Translations under genes and position numbers: made by a program
NCBI RefSeq assembly: GCF_001194135.2
Contig: NC_068987.1
Span: 79,397,915-79,461,914, forward strand
Length of the DNA stretch: 64,000 bases
Reading direction: 5' to 3'
Source of the DNA: Octopus bimaculoides
Taxonomy: Eukaryota
Part shown: one piece after another, positions 24,857-38,483 of the stretch
Position numbering within the stretch: the stretch's first letter is position 1
Layout: each line of letters starts with the position of its first letter
Notes under the pieces: model-generated
What the model was told of the DNA's origin: nothing
Seen by the model: the letters and a program-made list of their open reading frames with translations, nothing else
Databases searched by the model: none

Positions 24857-27430
24857 CTTTAAAATTTGTTTCCTTTTCTTGCCGAGTATCTTCCCAACAC
24901 CTAGGGCGATATTGAGTACTTTATAAACTCGGTAGTTTAATTTTCAATAATAATTTATTTATTCGAAGGAACTCGGTCTATGATAAAATATTCGTAAATA
25001 ATTTTTTTTATAATCTAGAATGTTCTATTTAAGAAACAACAACATATGAGAATTTCAACACTGCATAACCAGAAAGAGTGCAGGCGGTCTTACTAGTTCC
25101 AAGTTTTCTTACACATTTGTAAGAGAAGGGACACAAATCTTTTCCAATGCACAATTAATTAATTCTTCTAGTAAGTTGACTGCGTAGACAGTGTTATGTA
25201 AATTAGTTTCACAAAGTCCTACACAGAAGGAGCGGGCATTTTTGTAATGACCGTCTAAGAAGACTTAAAACAAGGAAGATCGATTCCGAAATAATTTTCT
25301 TGTAACACGCTCTCTTACAAACATTAACCCCATGACAAGGATTTTCTATCAGGCAACTAGGTTGCCCAAAGAGTAATCATCTCGGCCGAGATCAACAATT
25401 AGCAAGCACTGTTTATTTATGCAAACTGTTATCATTGCAAGGATCGTAAATTCAACGAAACTAGCGTTGCTGAATGCGACTGTAAATTCCGTGAAGGACC
25501 AGAAGAATTTGCTGAACGTGTACGAATTTGACAGGAAGTCATAGTGGAAATGGTGGAGTAACTACCAAAAACTGCTGCTTTCATATCATTATGGTGATGA
25601 AATCTCGAGCTGAGTTGGAAATGTTTACTTGAAGTGTCTAAAAAAAACCTATCAGATTCCTTGAAATTTACACGGTGACCTCTGTTATCGATAGCGGATA
25701 TTTATATCAATTGGTGCACAAATAGGTTCAAAACCGCAGCAGATAGGGCTGCGTATATTTTCGTCATCTGATTCAAAGCGAGTACACAGCACACTTAAAT
25801 TTACGTCAGCCGATGTTATAGGGTTACTGTAACCTTTTCGTATATTTTACTCAGCAAGAATAAAACAGTATGTTTGTTAAAAAGAGGTTTACTTTTCATT
25901 ACAAATATCGATCTCCCGCACTCCCATCTGTCATTTTCTATGGAGATATATTATTGATAACTTTAATTTCTTATCTTGTGAAAGTACTTACTTCAAATGG
26001 AATTATGAATGCGTATGCATAAGATGCATAGAGAAAATTAGAAAGAGAGAATGTTTATTTAGAGTAACACATTCATTAGCATTTCAACATTGATGGCTGA
26101 TTGAACGATATTGGGAATAGTAGATTAAGGTAATACACGAGGATCGTGTTGGAGCAGGGCGGATTGATAATATATACAGTAATAGTATCGGGGTGGCGGA
26201 TTGATGGTACACACCGGTGTCATGCTGTTGGTGGTGAGGTGGCAACATATATCGAGATGATGCTAGTAGTGATGATGTGGATTGATGGCAGATATTGTGA
26301 TCTCGGTGTTGGTGGTGGGAGATGAGTAATATTTGCTTTGAAAGAAGCAGTAGTGAGTTTATGGCAGATGGAGTGATAGTATAGACGGATTAAAAGAAGA
26401 TAGAATAACATAACAGAGGTAATGGGTTGACGGTATATGCACTAAAGATGGTGGTAGTGGTGTTGGTGGTTAGTGGTGGTGGTGGTGGTGGTGGTAGTTT
26501 CATGACAGATACAGCGATGNNNNNNNNNNGTGGTGGTGGTGGTGGTGGTGGTGGTGGTGGTGGTAGTTTCATGACAGATACAGCGATGGCGGTGATGACG
26601 GTGAGGACTGCGGTGGTGGTGTATGCCGTAGAAGATGGTTGATGGCAGATACAGTGTGAGAGCATTGACGGTAGCAAAGTTTAGCAGTTCAACAATAAAG
26701 TTAGGAAATAAAAATAAAATATATGCTTATTAAAATGTCGAATTAATCACCTCTAACTCACTAACGTTTGAGAAATGTTAAGTTTGAAAGCCATAACAGG
26801 AACTTTGCGGTTAATCCGGTTGGGTGATCAAGCAAAATGGCCGATCTGTGATCACCTGTAAGCTTTATTAAAATGCCAGGCTGTAAGAAGCATGCAGTAT
26901 AGTCATACCGCCATTCATACATTTAGTCTGTGGTCAAACCTTACAGTGCTCAGCAGTAGAAGTGCCTAAGTAGCCAAATTATTAGTTCTTCACTGAATTG
27001 CTGAGAGAGAAGGCTAATAAAGGTTTTTAAGGTTGAAATCGAATAAAGGAGAGGCGTGTCTGGAGATATGTTATGGAGTAAAGGGGGAAGAGAAAAGACA
27101 GGGAAAAACATACAGAAAGGAGAGGGAATAAAAATAAAACAAATATAATAATGCTGGTGAAGTATATTATGAAATCATGCGAGCTGCGAAAGCGAACGAG
27201 TTAAGGGAGGGATGAGAGAAAGAGAAGTAAATATATTTGGTTGGGAAATAAGAAAACTGAAAGTGTATACAGGAGCCATTATTCTTCATGCTTGACCAAT
27301 CTAATTGAGAAGCACTTGCTCACTTGCTTACAGAAAATAAATGGCTGTTTTAAACCATTTGCTTCGGTAGTCAACATAGATATTTTTAATGAAAATAGTG
27401 TTTTTTTTTAATGTTATTCTTTATCAAAAT

Positions 27431-27461
<31 letters not shown>

Positions 27462-27681
27462 NNNNNNNNNNNNNNNNNNNNNNNNNNNNNNNNNNNNNNN
27501 NNNNNNNNNNNNNNNNNNNNNNNNNNNNNNNNNNNNNNNNNNNNNNNNNNNNNNNNNNNNNNNNNNNNNNNNNNNNNNNNNNNNNNNNNNNNNNNNNNNN
27601 NNNNNNNNNNNNNNNNNNNNNNNNNNNNNNNNNNNNNNNNNNNNNNNNNNNNNNNNNNNNNNNNNNNNNNNNNNNNNNNNN

Positions 27682-28124
<443 letters not shown>

Positions 28125-29521
28125 GTGATAATAATATTTTATTTAATCAAGTTTAGTTAAAAGCAGGTTACTACAATACTGCCTGATGTAATTACACTCA
28201 AGGAAATTATAATTTTCAAATCTTTATCTCGGATCAAGCCGTCCCAAAATACATATACACGCATACATCATCCACCATCTTTTACATTGTTTTCAACTTC
28301 CATTATTTTACTTCCTTTTATTTCAACCTTTCATCTCTTTTACCTCGACTTCTTCGTTTCTTCTTTTTCTTATCACCTCTCTAATATTTGACCTTTCATC
28401 TTTTTTTTCATCATTTTTAATATTTGTTTCCATTTTTTAAAAATTGATTTCTCTTTGTTTTTCTGCTTCCTCTTCATTTCTTTTCTTTATTCCTTCGTCT
28501 CACCTCTCGTCATCTTCTCCACCCAGTTCAATCACCTCTGATAAGATAGATACCTTGACTAACTTCACAACCTTGTACCGTCCGTCACCTATTTATCTTA
28601 CATCACCTCCTACTCTGCAACACCCCACTTTATACTTCACACTCTTTCACCTCTTCCTCGTCCTTCTCCTCCTGCTGCTGGTACTTCTGTTCATTCGGTA
28701 GACACCATTAAATCGAGTAAATTACTAGCATTCACCATATTTCCGCTCTTTCTGTCTCCTTCTCTCTCTTTCTCTCTGTGTGTCTAGGTGTAGATGAAGG
28801 TGGGTGCATGGCGGTGCCAGCTTTGGTATCCATCCATATGTCACCAAACCTGATTCCTTTTTTAGCCACACCCGAAAAAAAAAAATTCTCTCCGATTTAT
28901 TGTATTTCCTAACACGTCTCCGTCGTCATCACACATGTTATAATAGTACTAACTGTACAGCAGCTGCCTCTCTTTCTCTATCCTTCTGTCTCTGTCTCGC
29001 TCTATTTTTCTCTCTCATTCTTCCGAGCTCTGATGGTGATAACCAGTGCCATCTGGAGCATATGCCCTGGGGTTAGTAAATCCTAAGCCTTCCCTTTTCT
29101 CTCCATTCTCAGATTTTAAGTTTGAGACTGCCTGCCTGATAGCCTGCCTGCTTGTCTTGCCTAGACTTCTAGCCTGAAAGTTGGCCCACCAGCCTACCTG
29201 GCTGCCAGCCTGCCAGCATGTTTATCTGTCTGCCTGCCTGCCTGCCTGCCTGCCTGCCGGGCTTTGCCTGGCGTTGATGTCCTTGATGGCCTGTCTGTCT
29301 GGCTGTCTGCTTGCCTTGCTTGTGATGCAGCGGTTCTCTCTCGACTTACTTCTCTTTCGGTCTCAGCAACTACTTATATATATACAGAGCGAGAATATGT
29401 GTCTTCTTCACCATTCCTGTCTGTATCTCTGATGCTACAACATGCAGGAATGAAGTGTGAATATTGGATATATTGCTACTCACAGGCACACCCACACACA
29501 CACCCACACGCACGCTCGCAT

Positions 29522-29573
<52 letters not shown>

Positions 29574-29816
29574 NNNNNNNNNNNNNNNNNNNNNNNNNNN
29601 NNNNNNNNNNNNNNNNNNNNNNNNNNNNNNNNNNNNNNNNNNNNNNNNNNNNNNNNNNNNNNNNNNNNNNNNNNNNNNNNNNNNNNNNNNNNNNNNNNNN
29701 NNNNNNNNNNNNNNNNNNNNNNNNNNNNNNNNNNNNNNNNNNNNNNNNNNNNNNNNNNNNNNNNNNNNNNNNNNNNNNNNNNNNNNNNNNNNNNNNNNNN
29801 NNNNNNNNNNNNNNNT

Positions 29817-29864
29817 TCTTCTTCTTCTTCTTCTTCTTCTTCTTCTTCTTCTTCTTCTTCTTCT

Positions 29865-29911
<47 letters not shown>

Positions 29912-29941
29912 TTCTTCTTCTTCTTCTTCTTCTTCTTCTTC
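29817..29941. repeat. (CTT)n microsatellite
   Basis: Seen directly. Confidence 0.95.
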
Positions 29942-30492
29942 ATCATCCTCTTCTCCCTCTTTTTCTTCTCCCCCCGCCTCCTCTTACAACTCCTCCCCTT
30001 CTTTACTTATTCTTCATTCCTTTTCTATGTCTTTTACACCTTCAGGTCTTTCGCTTCCAAACCCCCTAGAAACCAGCACAGCCCCAATTCCCATCAATCT
30101 CTCTTTCTATAGACGCCCACACTCACACACCCACACCACAACCACAACCCACATCATCCTACACATACACCACAGCACAACCACAATCCACACTAATGAC
30201 TCTGAATAATAGACATTGCTTGCTCTATATAATTCCATTTGTTCTCACATCAATAATTTTCAGCCCTAGTCATTTCCCTGACATTTTGTTCCATTGCTGC
30301 TTATATATCTCACACACACGCACACACACACGCACACATAGAGAGAGAAAGAGAGCAAAAGGGTAAGAAAGAGAAAGAGAGGGAGAAGACGTTTTGACAT
30401 TAGATTCGTGTTAGAAGTGTGCGTATATATATATAGAGTTATTAATATTTCTAAGTCTCTCTAAAGGAGACTACGGCAGCGGTACTGGAAAT

Positions 30493-30564
30493 TAATAGTT
30501 ATCGCCAAGCCAACATGGCAGTCCTAATTTTGGGACTGCCATGTTGGCTTGGCGATAACTATTA
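30493..30564. repeat. Perfect 32-bp inverted repeat with 8-nt spacer
   Basis: TAATAGTTATCGCCAAGCCAACATGGCAGTCC (30493-30524) / TAATTTTG / exact reverse complement (30533-30564). Confidence 0.95.
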
Positions 30565-31084
30565 TATANNNNNNNNNNNNNNNNNNNNNNNNNNNNNNNN
30601 NNNNNNNNNNNNNNNNNNNNNNNNNNNNNNNNNNNNNNNNNNNNNNNNNNNNNNNNNNNNNNNNNNNNNNNNNNNNNNNNNNNNNNNNNNNNNNNNNNNN
30701 NNNNNNNNNNNNNNNNNNNNNNNNNNNNNNNNNNNNNNNNNNNNNNNNNNNNNNNNNNNNNNNNNNNNNNNNNNNNNNNNNNNNNNNNNNNNNNNNNNNN
30801 NNNNNNNNNATATATATGTATATACTTAAACATGTAAGAATAGTGATAAGGTGAGGGAAACAATGCATGCAAATTATTGGCGGATGAAATGATGTTTCAG
30901 TTGTCAGCTGGAGAAGAGATTTTATAAGTGCCTGACAAATTATTTTATCTCTGATCGTGTTTTGAAACTGATACAATTACACCATGGAATGCTCATTGAT
31001 AGATATTTTTGTATCAATCGCACATATCGTTATGTTCCATTTTGGCTTACTACGCGATAATATTTAAATATTACATAGTCTGCA

Positions 31085-31482
31085 AGGCTAGGAATTTCGC
31101 TTTGCAAACATGCAGTTTCGGAATCATTTACACTGAGCGACGCTGGGCTCGTCTCTTCTACTATAGCCTCGGGTCGGCGAATAATGCCTTTTAAGCGAAT
31201 TTTATAAGTGGAAACTGTGTGGAAGCCAGTTATATTTAATATATGCGTTTATGTATGTGTGTGTGTGTGTGATTTGGTTCGCTGTTCCTCTCTGGTTTGT
31301 TTACGTCCACGTGCATTAGCGGTTCGGCTAAGAAAACTGCTAGAATAAGTACTAGACATGTAAATTAGTACTGGGTTCCATTTAGTTACTGCGTTCCATT
31401 CAAGTATTGGGTTCCACTTTAATCCGAGACCCCATTATAGCTGCCGTCCAATGAATGAAACAAGAGAGACAAAAGATAAAAG
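31085..31482 (+). mobile_element. Degraded SINE family A
   Basis: TCTTCTACTATAGCCTCGGGTCGG, GTGGAAACTGTGTGGAAGCC, TTAGCGGTTCGGCTAAG, AATGAATGAAACAAGAGAGACAAAAG. Confidence 0.7.
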
Positions 31483-32823
31483 AGTGTTGCAAACAATTTA
31501 TTCATTCGTCATGATTGACCTACTATCGACCTTCAACGTGTATGTTGATGTACACTTGTGTCCCTAATATAACACGCAGGTGTTTAGCGAGATTTTAAGC
31601 GAGAACATGTCAGGAAGTGTAGAAAACCTGAACACTTTTCATGTACCACAATTCTACATTTGTGTAATTCCTTTGTGGGAAATTAGAATGCACATTCCCA
31701 AATTTTTTATAGTGAATCTGTTAAGAAGCTGTCACTTGAATCCAGGTGATAGAAAACATCGGGAAAACGTGGATCTACTTTAATCAGGTTTATTTTACTT
31801 TATGATTGTAACTTCACAATATACAGAAGTGAAAACGACACTTTAGCAGCTAGGTACATGAAATGTTGCATAGATATACACAATTTATAGAAGGTAATTA
31901 TAAGCTATAAAATCTCGTCTGATATTTTCTACAAACTTGGATAATATCGGTTATAGCCTCTAGTGTTCATATGTACAAAAGGTGTCAACGTATTAAGTCG
32001 CACATATTTCTGAGAACTGATAGATGGGCCTAGATCTAAATATACATTGGAATGATGTCAGTGAGCTGGTCATAGACTGAAAGTACACAGAAAAATAATT
32101 TTAATCTTTGATAGAAAATACTGCAATTCGAAAATAAAATTAAAACGAATTTAACAAGATTGAGGAGTGTGTATATCATTTGCAGTGTCTATGTTTTTTT
32201 TTTCTTGTTCATTATAACACTTCATCAGCTCATTCATTTCTTCTTCACTTTAATTGCAAGATCTTCATAAGTTTTCTTAATGCAGAATCTTACAGTAACA
32301 CAATCGATCACACGAAAAAAAAAAACAACATAAAAAAAAACAGCATTCGGATAATGATTACCGCGGTGGTAGTGGCGATGATGATGAGAATGATGATGAT
32401 GATGATGATGGTGATGACGATGATGATAAAAATAATAATAAAGTGGTCGTAATGCGGTAGCGAGAGCTGAAGAATTAACGCCAAGTTACACACCCATTTA
32501 CGTTGACAGCTTTTAACTAGTCTAGTNNNNNNNNNNNNNNNNNNNNNNNNNNNNNNNNNNNNNNNNNNNNNNNNNNNNNNNNNNNNNNNNNNNNNNNNNN
32601 NNNNNNNNNNNNNNNNNNNNNNNNNNNNNNNNNNNNNNNNNNNNNNNNNNNNNNNNNNNNNNNNNNNNNNNNNNNNNNNNNNNNNNNNNNNNNNNNNNNN
32701 NNNNNNNNNNNNNNNNNNNNNNNNNNNNNNNNNNNNNNNNNNNNNNNNNNNNNNNNNNNNNNNNNNNNNNNNNNNNNNNNNNNNNNNNNNNNNNNNNNNN
32801 NNNNNNNNNNNNNNNNNNNNNNN

Positions 32824-32858
<35 letters not shown>

Positions 32859-33321
32859 GTATACATGCGTGTGTGTGTGAAACAGTGTTTGTGTAATTGC
32901 ATCGTTGGAAAGAGATGTAAATATTTTTCATCTAAATTACATAAATCGATTGCTATATCATTATTTTTTTAATCAAGACTGATGAATTCTTTTGAACAAG
33001 TAGAGTAAAATTATTTCAAAACTCCATTACCAACCACACCTCATTCATTGCATCCCAATCATGGTCATCAGCGTCGTGTATCACCATTATCATCTCATAA
33101 TACATTCATCTGTGTGTGTGCATGTGTGTGTGTGTGAGCATGCTTATGCGCGTATCTGTTTCTGTGAGTATGCTTATATGCGTATCTGGTTATGCTTATA
33201 TAACTAATTACTTATATTGCTCAGATATACATATGCTGATCAATCAATGCGTATATTACATGAAAAGTATTCTCTCAAACATTAAGATTTTATGCATTCG
33301 TCTCTCCCCTTCGCTTTCACT

Positions 33322-33377
<56 letters not shown>

Positions 33378-34275
33378 NNNNNNNNNNNNNNNNNNNNNNN
33401 NNNNNNNNNNNNNNNNNNNNNNNNNNNNNNNNNNNNNNNNNNNNNNNNNNNNNNNNNNNNNNNNNNNNNNNNNNNNNNNNNNNNNNNNNNNNNNNNNNNN
33501 NNNNNNNNNNNNNNNNNNNNNNNNNNNNNNNNNNNNNNNNNNNNNNNNNNNNNNNNNNNNNNNNNNNNNNNNNNNNNNNNNNNNNNNNNNNNNNNNNNNN
33601 NNNNNNNNNNNNNNNNNNNNNNNNNNNNNNNNNNNNNNNNNNNNNNNNNNNNNNNNNNNNNNNNNNNNNNNNNNNNNNNNNNNNNNNNNNNNNNNNNNNN
33701 NNNNNNNNNNNNNNNNNNNNNNNNNNNNNNNNNNNNNNNNNNNNNNNNNNNNNNNNNNNNNNNNNNNNNNNNNNNNNNNNNNNNNNNNNNNNNNNNNNNN
33801 NNNNNNNNNNNNNNNNNNNNNNNNNNNNNNNNNNNNNNNNNNNNNNNNNNNNNNNNNNNNNNNNNNNNNNNNNNNNNNNNNNNNNNNNNNNNNNNNNNNN
33901 NNNNNNNNNNNNNNNNNNNNNNNNNNNNNNNNNNNNNNNNNNNNNNNNNNNNNNNNNNNNNNNNNNNNNNNNNNNNNNNNNNNNNNNNNNNNNNNNNNNN
34001 NNNNNNNNNNNNNNNNNNNNNNNNNNNNNNNNNNNNNNNNNNNNNNNNNNNNNNNNNNNNNNNNNNNNNNNNNNNNNNNNNNNNNNNNNNNNNNNNNNNN
34101 NNNNNNNNNNNNNNNNNNNNNNNNNNNNNNNNNNNNNNNNNNNNNNNNNNNNNNNNNNNNNNNNNNNNNNNNNNNNNNNNNNNNNNNNNNNNNNNNNNNN
34201 NNNNNNNNNNNNNNNNNNNNNNNNNNNNNNNNNNNNNNNNNNNNNNNNNNNNNNNNNNNNNNNNNNNNNNNNNNN

Positions 34276-34437
34276 GTCTTCTACTAAAGCCTCGGGCCGA
34301 CCAAAGCAGCCGGTCATATATATATGTGTGTGTATGTGTGTGTGTATGTGTGTGTATGTGTGTGTGTGTATGTGTGTATATGTGTGTGTGTATGTGTCTG
34401 TGTTTGTCACCCCTTCATCACTTGACAACCGATGTAG
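34276..34437 (+). mobile_element. SINE family A fragment after a gap, internally deleted
   Basis: GTCTTCTACTAAAGCCTCGGGCCGACCAAAGC, then a (TG)-rich spacer, then CATCACTTGACAACCGATG. Confidence 0.75.
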
Positions 34438-34457
34438 GATGGCTGGATGGCTGGATG

Positions 34458-34503
<46 letters not shown>

Positions 34504-36016
34504 AAATGACCAATTTGAAGGGCGATTAAAATATCACAAGTATTAATGGTCTCATGAGAGATAGATCCGAAACACTTATCTTCTGAATGCAAGACTTCGT
34601 AAGGAATCATACCGTTCGCTTAGAAGAAGTTTTTTAAGGGGAAACGATGTGATTTTCACTGAATTGTCGCTGATGTTTGCCCAGCTCTTACAGCGTCCAT
34701 TCAGAACTTCCCATATTCACTTGCTTCTGTTATTCTACAGTAAACCATGTCTGCTTACAGGAGTGTAAACGGGAAGCTGATATACGGTAGGAAAATGTTA
34801 CGATTGAGTGTTATGTTAATGAAATATTGTATTTCGATTCCGAGATAGCTTTAGTTATGAGCTGTAGTGTTCTTTGTGGCTCTTATCTGTCATAAATGCT
34901 GTGTGTGTCTGTGTCTGAAGGTCTGAAGGTGTGTGTATGTATGCCTACACATACAATCATACACGCAGAAATGCATACATACGTACGTACGTACGTACGT
35001 ACATACATACATACATACATACATACATACATACATAGGTATACATGTACACATTTGTCAACAGTATACATTTATTAGTTTATGTATGTGTATATTCATA
35101 TGAGACTTCGTGATCACTGACAAAATTTCACACACACACACACACACACGCACACACATCAACATAATTACACACTCATGCATGTACTTTATAGATATTA
35201 AATATGCGTGCATGAAAAATGGAGAGTGAGAGGTGGGGAGAAAGGTAAGGGAATAGAATTAAGAGAGCTAAAGTAAGATGTGTGTGTGTGTGTGTGTGTA
35301 CATGCAGGCATACATACGCACACACACACACACACAATGTACACACATATACATATGCAATTATATATATTATGTATATATACATATATATATGTGTATA
35401 TATATANNNNNNNNNNNNNNNNNNNNNNNNNNNNNNNNNNNNNNNNNNNNNNNNNNNNNNNNNNNNNNNNNNNNNNNNNNNNNNNNNNNNNNNNNNNNNN
35501 NNNNNNNNNNNNNNNNNNNNNNNNNNNNNNNNNNNNNNNNNNNNNNNNNNNNNNNNNNNNNNNNNNNNNNNNNNNNNNNNNNNNNNNNNNNNNNNNNNNN
35601 NNNNNNNNNNNNNNNNNNNNNNNNNNNNNNNNNNNNNNNNNNNNNNNNNNNNNNNNNNNNNNNNNNNNNNNNNNNNNNNNNNNNNNNNNNNNNNNNNNNN
35701 NNNNNNNNNNNNNNNNNNNNNNNNNNNNNNNNNNNNNNNNNNNNNNNNNNNNNNNNNNNNNNNNNNNNNNNNNNNNNNNNNNNNNNNNNNNNNNNNNNNN
35801 NNNNNNNNNNNNNNNNNNNNNNNNNNNNNNNNNNNNNNNNNNNNNNNNNNNNNNNNNNNNNNNNNNNNNNNNNNNNNNNNNNNNNNNNNNNNNNNNNNNN
35901 NNNNNNNNNNNNNNNNNNNNNNNNNNNNNNNNNNNNNNNNNNNNNNNNNNNNNNNNNNNNNNNNNNNNNNNNNNNNNNNNNNNNNNNNNNNNNNNNNNNN
36001 NNNNNNNNNNNNNNNN

Positions 36017-36057
<41 letters not shown>

Positions 36058-37019
36058 TAGATATAGATATAGATATAAAGATATAGATGTAGATATATGC
36101 ATATACAAAACATATATATATATGCCTCTCTCTGTGTCTTTTCGTGTATGCGAGTTTGCGTTTGTGTCTCTATATGTGCAAATTTTTCTTGTTTGTTTTC
36201 TCTCTCTCTCTCTGTTCTCTATTTGTAATTTAGCAGAAGTATGGACATGAAAGAATAACTGTATACATATATATTTATAGATATGGTTCACATATAGTTC
36301 ACGCAGTTTATCACATAGATCAGGTCAAAGATACAAAACATATGAAAGATCATACTGACTTAGCATGCGCTGGTGTTAAGACATAAAAATGGAAATAAAA
36401 GATTATAAATAAATAGATATAGAACTAAATAAATAAATGAAGAAATAGCAATAAAGTTTAAAATTGTAAGTGTCGTCATTCGCATTTTACAGAGTACTGA
36501 AAACTAGCCTCAGNNNNNNNNNNCAACGATTTGGAATAATGGTTGAACGAGCGTTCTTTCCACACAAAAATCCGTTTAAATTATTAGGTGGGAGTTGAGT
36601 GCATAAAATAACACGTATTTTTAAAAAAATATATTTTACATTACTTTATTTAATGTTTTATTTTCTTTTAAAAAATTAAGAATAAGGAAAGGAATAAAAC
36701 TTTGGTACCATTAAATTTTTGAAAATGAGTCAATTTCTGATTTAAAATCTATTACCTAAGACATCTGGCCTGAGATTTCGATTTGATTTTAAGATTTAGC
36801 AGTGTTAAGTATTTTTTTTGATTATGACTTTAAATTTCCATTCGTTACTAGGGAATAGTTATCATGTCGATATAGATGCAATGAAAACCTTCTTTATCTT
36901 GTTTGTTTCTGTTTGTTTCATCGAAATAACATAGCACTCTTGCTATATTCTAAAATGTTTTATTGTCTTTATTTAAGTAATCTTCAGATTGCATTCCAAT
37001 ACGCAACATTCATCCATAG

Positions 37020-37066
<47 letters not shown>

Positions 37067-38031
37067 TTCGTGTGTGTCTGAGAGACACANNNNNNNNNNT
37101 GTTCGTGTGTGTCTGAGAGACACAGACAGACAGAGTTAGTATGCGCATGTATATATGTACTATACACTGTGTGTTTATAAGTACATATATATATATACAT
37201 TTAAAGATATATATATACCTGTCAATTCATCTCTCTCTCTCTCCTATTTATACATATATAGGAATATACTCAAATGTATATGTGTGTGTATGTGTGTGTG
37301 CGTGCGTGCGTGTGTGTATGTGTGTGTGTGTTGTGTATTTGATTCAAAATATTAATGGGAATTATCGAATCTAAAGTGGTTAATAGGAAATAATCCTTTG
37401 AAAAGTAGAAATGATTTTTTTTTCTCGAGTGTATCCTAGTGACCTTCCCGAATAAAATATCTTATTAGAATAGTTTACTATCCGAATAAAAAATAAACAC
37501 TAATGTAATTGTTAAACGCGCGAGTTGGAAATGATTAAAGTAACTGATATGTACATCGATAAAAGTCTAGATATAATATATAATATTATTTTGATTATCA
37601 CAGCGAGAATTTCGGTACAAACAATTTTAACAATGGAACGAACCCGAAAGAATAATTGAAATCTTTAGCTTTATGGAAAACTGTTATTTTGCATTAAAAT
37701 TCATAAGGCATGGAATTTTCACGGGTTCTACTAGTGAGCTATTATTCAGCACCATTTCATTGGGTAATGGAATTATCAAATGAATTATAATTTAATTCTG
37801 ATTTAAGTTCAGGTTTTTTCTTCACTCTTCTAGGGCTAGTAAAATAACTTGTGCCTGTGCCAATTAAATCCCTATTAAATTTCAAAATATTTCTATCTGA
37901 AACCAGTGAGTGAGCGTCAATGTGGTTGAATCGCCAGCTAAAGATAGTAGTCAGGTCTTCTTCACATTTTTTCCAATCTCCTTCGAATGTGGAAGAGTAT
38001 ATTTGATAACATGCTCACACATATATTATAT

Positions 38032-38262
38032 CTCTTTTACTTTTTTACTCTTTTACTTGTTTCAGTCGTTTGACTGCGGCCATCCTGGAGCACCACCTTT
38101 AGTCGAGCAAATCGACCCCAGGACTTATTCTTTGTGAGCCTAGTACTTATTCTATCGGTCTCTTTTGCCGAAACCGCTAAGTTACGGGGGACGTAGACAC
38201 ACCAGCATCGGTTGTCAAGCGATGTTGGGGGAACAAACACAGACACACAAACATATACACGC

Positions 38263-38318
<56 letters not shown>

Positions 38319-38483
38319 GTATTTACGACGGGCTTCTTTCAGTTTCCGTCTACCAAATCCACTCACAAGGTTTTGGTCGGCCCGAGGCTATAGTAGAAGA
38401 CATTTGCCCAAGGTGCCACGCAATGGGACTGAACCCGGAACCATGTGGTTGGTGAGTAAGCTACTTACCACATGGCCACTCCT
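38032..38483 (-). mobile_element. Full-length, little-diverged SINE family A
   Basis: Reverse complement runs from AGGAGTGGCCATGTGGTAAGTAG through the CORE-like segment and (TA)n spacer to the AAAGAGT tail. It is the most complete copy in the window. Confidence 0.9.

Noticed and set aside
26470-26590. Duplicated GGT-rich segment (similar case at 37065-37125)
   Set aside because: Identical sequence on both sides of a 10-N gap; assembly artefact.
28444-28701. Ser/Pro/Thr-rich frame considered as the AP-2 N-terminal proline-rich exon
   Set aside because: No PPYFPPPY-like motif. It is low-complexity pyrimidine-rich DNA and lies downstream of the linker exon.
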